Assembly: GCA_045536565.1 (NCBI GenBank)
Contig: JAZSNU010000012.1
Span: 1-19,833, forward strand
Origin: Clostridia bacterium
Lineage (GTDB): Bacteria; Bacillota; Clostridia; TANB77; CAG-465
Length of the DNA stretch: 19,833 bases
Reading direction: 5' to 3'
Shown here: positions 17,618 through 19,833 of the stretch, piece by piece
How positions within the stretch are numbered: the stretch's first letter is position 1
Layout: every line of letters starts with the position of its first letter
The notes under the pieces: generated by a model
Seen by the model: the letters and a program-made list of their open reading frames with translations, nothing else
Databases searched by the model: none
What the model was told of the DNA's origin: nothing
Made by a program: the position numbers and the translations under genes

Positions 17618-18547
17618 ATGGAAAAAGAAAGATATTTACATTTAAACAAATATTTAAAAGAAAAATTTGGTGAAAGAGTTTTAAAAATATGTGTTGATGC
17701 AGGTTTTACTTGTCCTAATAGAGATGGAAACAAATCAAAATTAGGTTGTATCTTTTGTTCTGAAAAAGGTTCAGGGGAGCATTTAAAAAACTTACTATCT
17801 ATCTCAGAACAAGTAAAAAAACATCTTGAAAGTTATAGAGGTCAAAGAGCAAATAAATTTATTGTATATTTTCAGAACTTTTCTAATACTTATGATACAC
17901 CAGATAATTTAAAAGAAAAATATGATGCTGCATTAATAGATGATAGAATTGTTGGTATAGCTGTTGCAACTCGCCCAGATTGTATAACAGAAGATATTGC
18001 AAAACTATTAAAAAGCTATACTAATAAATATTATGTATTTGTAGAACTTGGACTTCAAACTTCAAACGAAGAAATAGGAAAAAAGATAAATAGATGTTAT
18101 ACCAATGAATATTTTACTTATGCTACAAACTTGCTTAACAAATATAACATAGATGTTGTTGCTCATATGATGTGTGGGCTTCCAGGTGAAACATATGAGG
18201 ATATACAAAATACAGTCAATTTTTTAAATAGTCATAACATATCTGGTCTTAAAATACATTCTACATATGTAGTGAAAAATACTGCACTTGCTGATATGTA
18301 TTATACAAAAAAATATACTCCTATTTCACTTGAATATTACTTAGATTGTTTAGAATATATTATATCAAATATTAGGCCTGATGTTGTAATTCATAGAATT
18401 TCAGGTGATGCTCCAAAAGAACTACTTATTTCGCCTGATTGGAATCTTCATAAAAAATGGGTTTTAAATGGATTAGATAAAATACTTAGAGAAAAAGATA
18501 TTTACCAAGGAATGAATTATATAGATGAAAAACAAAAAACATATTAA
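17618..18547 (+). CDS. TIGR01212-family radical SAM protein (YhcC/YtqA-like)
   Basis: GFTCPNRDG...GCIFCS, YFQNFSNTY, TRPDC, ELGLQT, GLPGE, KIH and HRISGD. Confidence 0.92.
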   Translation: MEKERYLHLNKYLKEKFGERVLKICVDAGFTCPNRDGNKSKLGCIFCSEKGSGEHLKNLLSISEQVKKHLESYRGQRANKFIVYFQNFSNTYDTPDNLKEKYDAALIDDRIVGIAVATRPDCITEDIAKLLKSYTNKYYVFVELGLQTSNEEIGKKINRCYTNEYFTYATNLLNKYNIDVVAHMMCGLPGETYEDIQNTVNFLNSHNISGLKIHSTYVVKNTALADMYYTKKYTPISLEYYLDCLEYIISNIRPDVVIHRISGDAPKELLISPDWNLHKKWVLNGLDKILREKDIYQGMNYIDEKQKTY

Positions 18548-18577
18548 TGTTAGTTATATTAACACTAATATGTTTTT
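18535..18577. terminator. Terminator between convergent TIGR01212 and ASCH genes
   Basis: AAAAACATATTA-A-TGTTA / TAACA-C-TAATATGTTTTT. Confidence 0.6.
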
Positions 18578-18623
18578 ACTATATATCTGTATATAATCTA
18601 TTTATAAACTATACTTTACTGTA

Positions 18624-19007
18624 TCATATTTCGTAGTTCCATAAACCTAATTTACCATTTATTTCTATTGGATTTTCAAATACTTCCACACCTTCAATTT
18701 GCCAAGCATACTCTTCGTTAAACACACTCTTAGCATACACATCTTTATTTTCTTCAAGACACATATTTTTAAATTCTTCATCACATTTGATGCAATCAAC
18801 AATATTCACTTTACCTAATATTTTACCTTGTGGCAATTTATCTGGTAAATATTTTTTAAGCCTAATTATTGCTTCTTTATCTACACCTTTGCCAGCATGT
18901 ATTAATAACGAACCTCTATAATTTGTTTTCCAACTTCTAAATTCAAACCTTTTGTATCCACCCATTATTAAGCTTGCCCATGGTTGTTTTATTGTTAGAG
19001 CTTTCAT
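18624..19007 (-). CDS. ASCH domain protein
   Basis: MKALTIKQPWASLIMGGYKRFEFRSW...RGSLLIHAG (GxKxxExR motif) and C-terminal GKLGLW. Confidence 0.9.
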   Translation of the reverse strand: MKALTIKQPWASLIMGGYKRFEFRSWKTNYRGSLLIHAGKGVDKEAIIRLKKYLPDKLPQGKILGKVNIVDCIKCDEEFKNMCLEENKDVYAKSVFNEEYAWQIEGVEVFENPIEINGKLGLWNYEI

Positions 19008-19071
19008 GTATTCCTCCTAATTATATATATATCGAATTATGTATAATTTTTTTCATTAAACTTACTACCTA

Positions 19072-19416
19072 TTAAAATTTCTTTCTTATGTTTTTTTCTA
19101 TTATACCACAAGAAATTACTAACACTGCTACTTGCGATAGTACAATTACAGCTAACATTGTTTCTGTTAGTATAACATTATACAAATGAAGTACTAATAT
19201 TAGGATAAAAGACAAAAGTAGCATAATTATACCTAATTTTATCCATACTTTCCCACAATATTTATTTGCTTCTTTCCATACTTTCTCATTTTCCATAGAT
19301 TTTCTTGTTCTATATCCAACAAACCAATTTATCTTTTTAGGTGGATATTTAAACATAAAAAATCCAACTACCATTATCAATAACGGTATAAGATATACCA
19401 TATATATTGTATCCAT
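19072..19416 (-). CDS. SdpI-family membrane protein
   Basis: Hydrophobic helices flanking PPKKINWFVGYRT...WKEAN. Confidence 0.85.
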   Translation of the reverse strand: MDTIYMVYLIPLLIMVVGFFMFKYPPKKINWFVGYRTRKSMENEKVWKEANKYCGKVWIKLGIIMLLLSFILILVLHLYNVILTETMLAVIVLSQVAVLVISCGIIEKNIRKKF

Positions 19417-19621
19417 ATTATTCCCCCTTAGATACTACTATAAATATAATTATATCACAAATCTACTTAAATATATATATTAAACTATATTGTTTTATAC
19501 CTTCGGGTTATGAGTTGACATAACTCCACTTTTGAAATTTTAAGAAAAGTTAAGTTTTTATTGGTATTTCAGTACTTTTAGAGTTTTACGTTTTTGGAAC
19601 ATTTGTGTGATTTTTGGAATT

Positions 19622-19653
19622 TTGGGGAGAATTTTTCACCAAAATCTCCCCAA
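19622..19653. other. GC-rich hairpin upstream of the final ORF
   Basis: TTGGGGAGA / TCTCCCCAA inverted repeat with an inner T/A extension. Confidence 0.6.
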
Positions 19654-19684
19654 GAAAAAATGGTAAAAATTGGAGGTAAAATTT

Positions 19685-19833
19685 ATGAAAAACAAATTAT
19701 CAAATAATGAATTAAATGATTTATTATCAGATTGGATTATTTTTAGAGATGAGGAATTAGCCAGATTAACAAAAGAGGATAAAAAACATCTTTTGCACTT
19801 TGATGAACTTGAGGACAAGCTATTAAAAAGCTT
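19685..19833 (+). CDS. 5' fragment of a hypothetical protein running off the window (MKNKLSNNELNDLLSDWIIFRDEELARLTKEDKKHLLHFDELEDKLLKS...)
   Basis: GGAGG RBS at 19672-19676, ATG at 19685, open to the window end. Confidence 0.7.
   Translation, partial: MKNKLSNNELNDLLSDWIIFRDEELARLTKEDKKHLLHFDELEDKLLKS

Noticed and set aside
17618-18547. TIGR01212 radical SAM as a second RiPP tailoring enzyme
   Set aside because: It is a widespread family with no RRE or SPASM domain and is divergently transcribed, so the adjacency is probably incidental.
19636-19818. 60-aa (-) ORF in the track
   Set aside because: It is antisense to the plus-strand ORF at 19685, which has a clear GGAGG RBS.
1-19833. CRISPR array, tRNA, rRNA, IS element or integrase
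   Set aside because: No repeat-spacer periodicity, cloverleaf or transposase/recombinase motifs were seen, and the intergenic regions are short.

Overview
AT-rich bacterial chromosomal segment, most consistent with a spore-forming Clostridia/Bacillota genome (spoVT, SpoVB/MurJ-family flippase, sigma-A-type promoters, GGAGG ribosome-binding sites). Housekeeping genes (hup, tsaE-tsaB-rimI, LonC-type protease, spoVT, recD2, TIGR01212 radical SAM) are interleaved with self-contained genes that look accessory (RpoD-like paralogue, KAP-family NTPase, WG-repeat protein, ASCH, SdpI). The main discovery is a two-gene candidate RiPP locus: an RRE-radical SAM-SPASM maturase (16069-17457, -) followed 2 nt after its stop by a 37-aa Cys-rich ORF missing from the ORF track (16066-15953, MFIYASNGMYMVSDCISGQTSGGQCSQCTDCNCVDGD). 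The pair sits between a perfect consensus promoter and a hairpin. No rRNA, tRNA, CRISPR array or transposase was recognised. All calls come from reading motifs by eye; no database searches were run.
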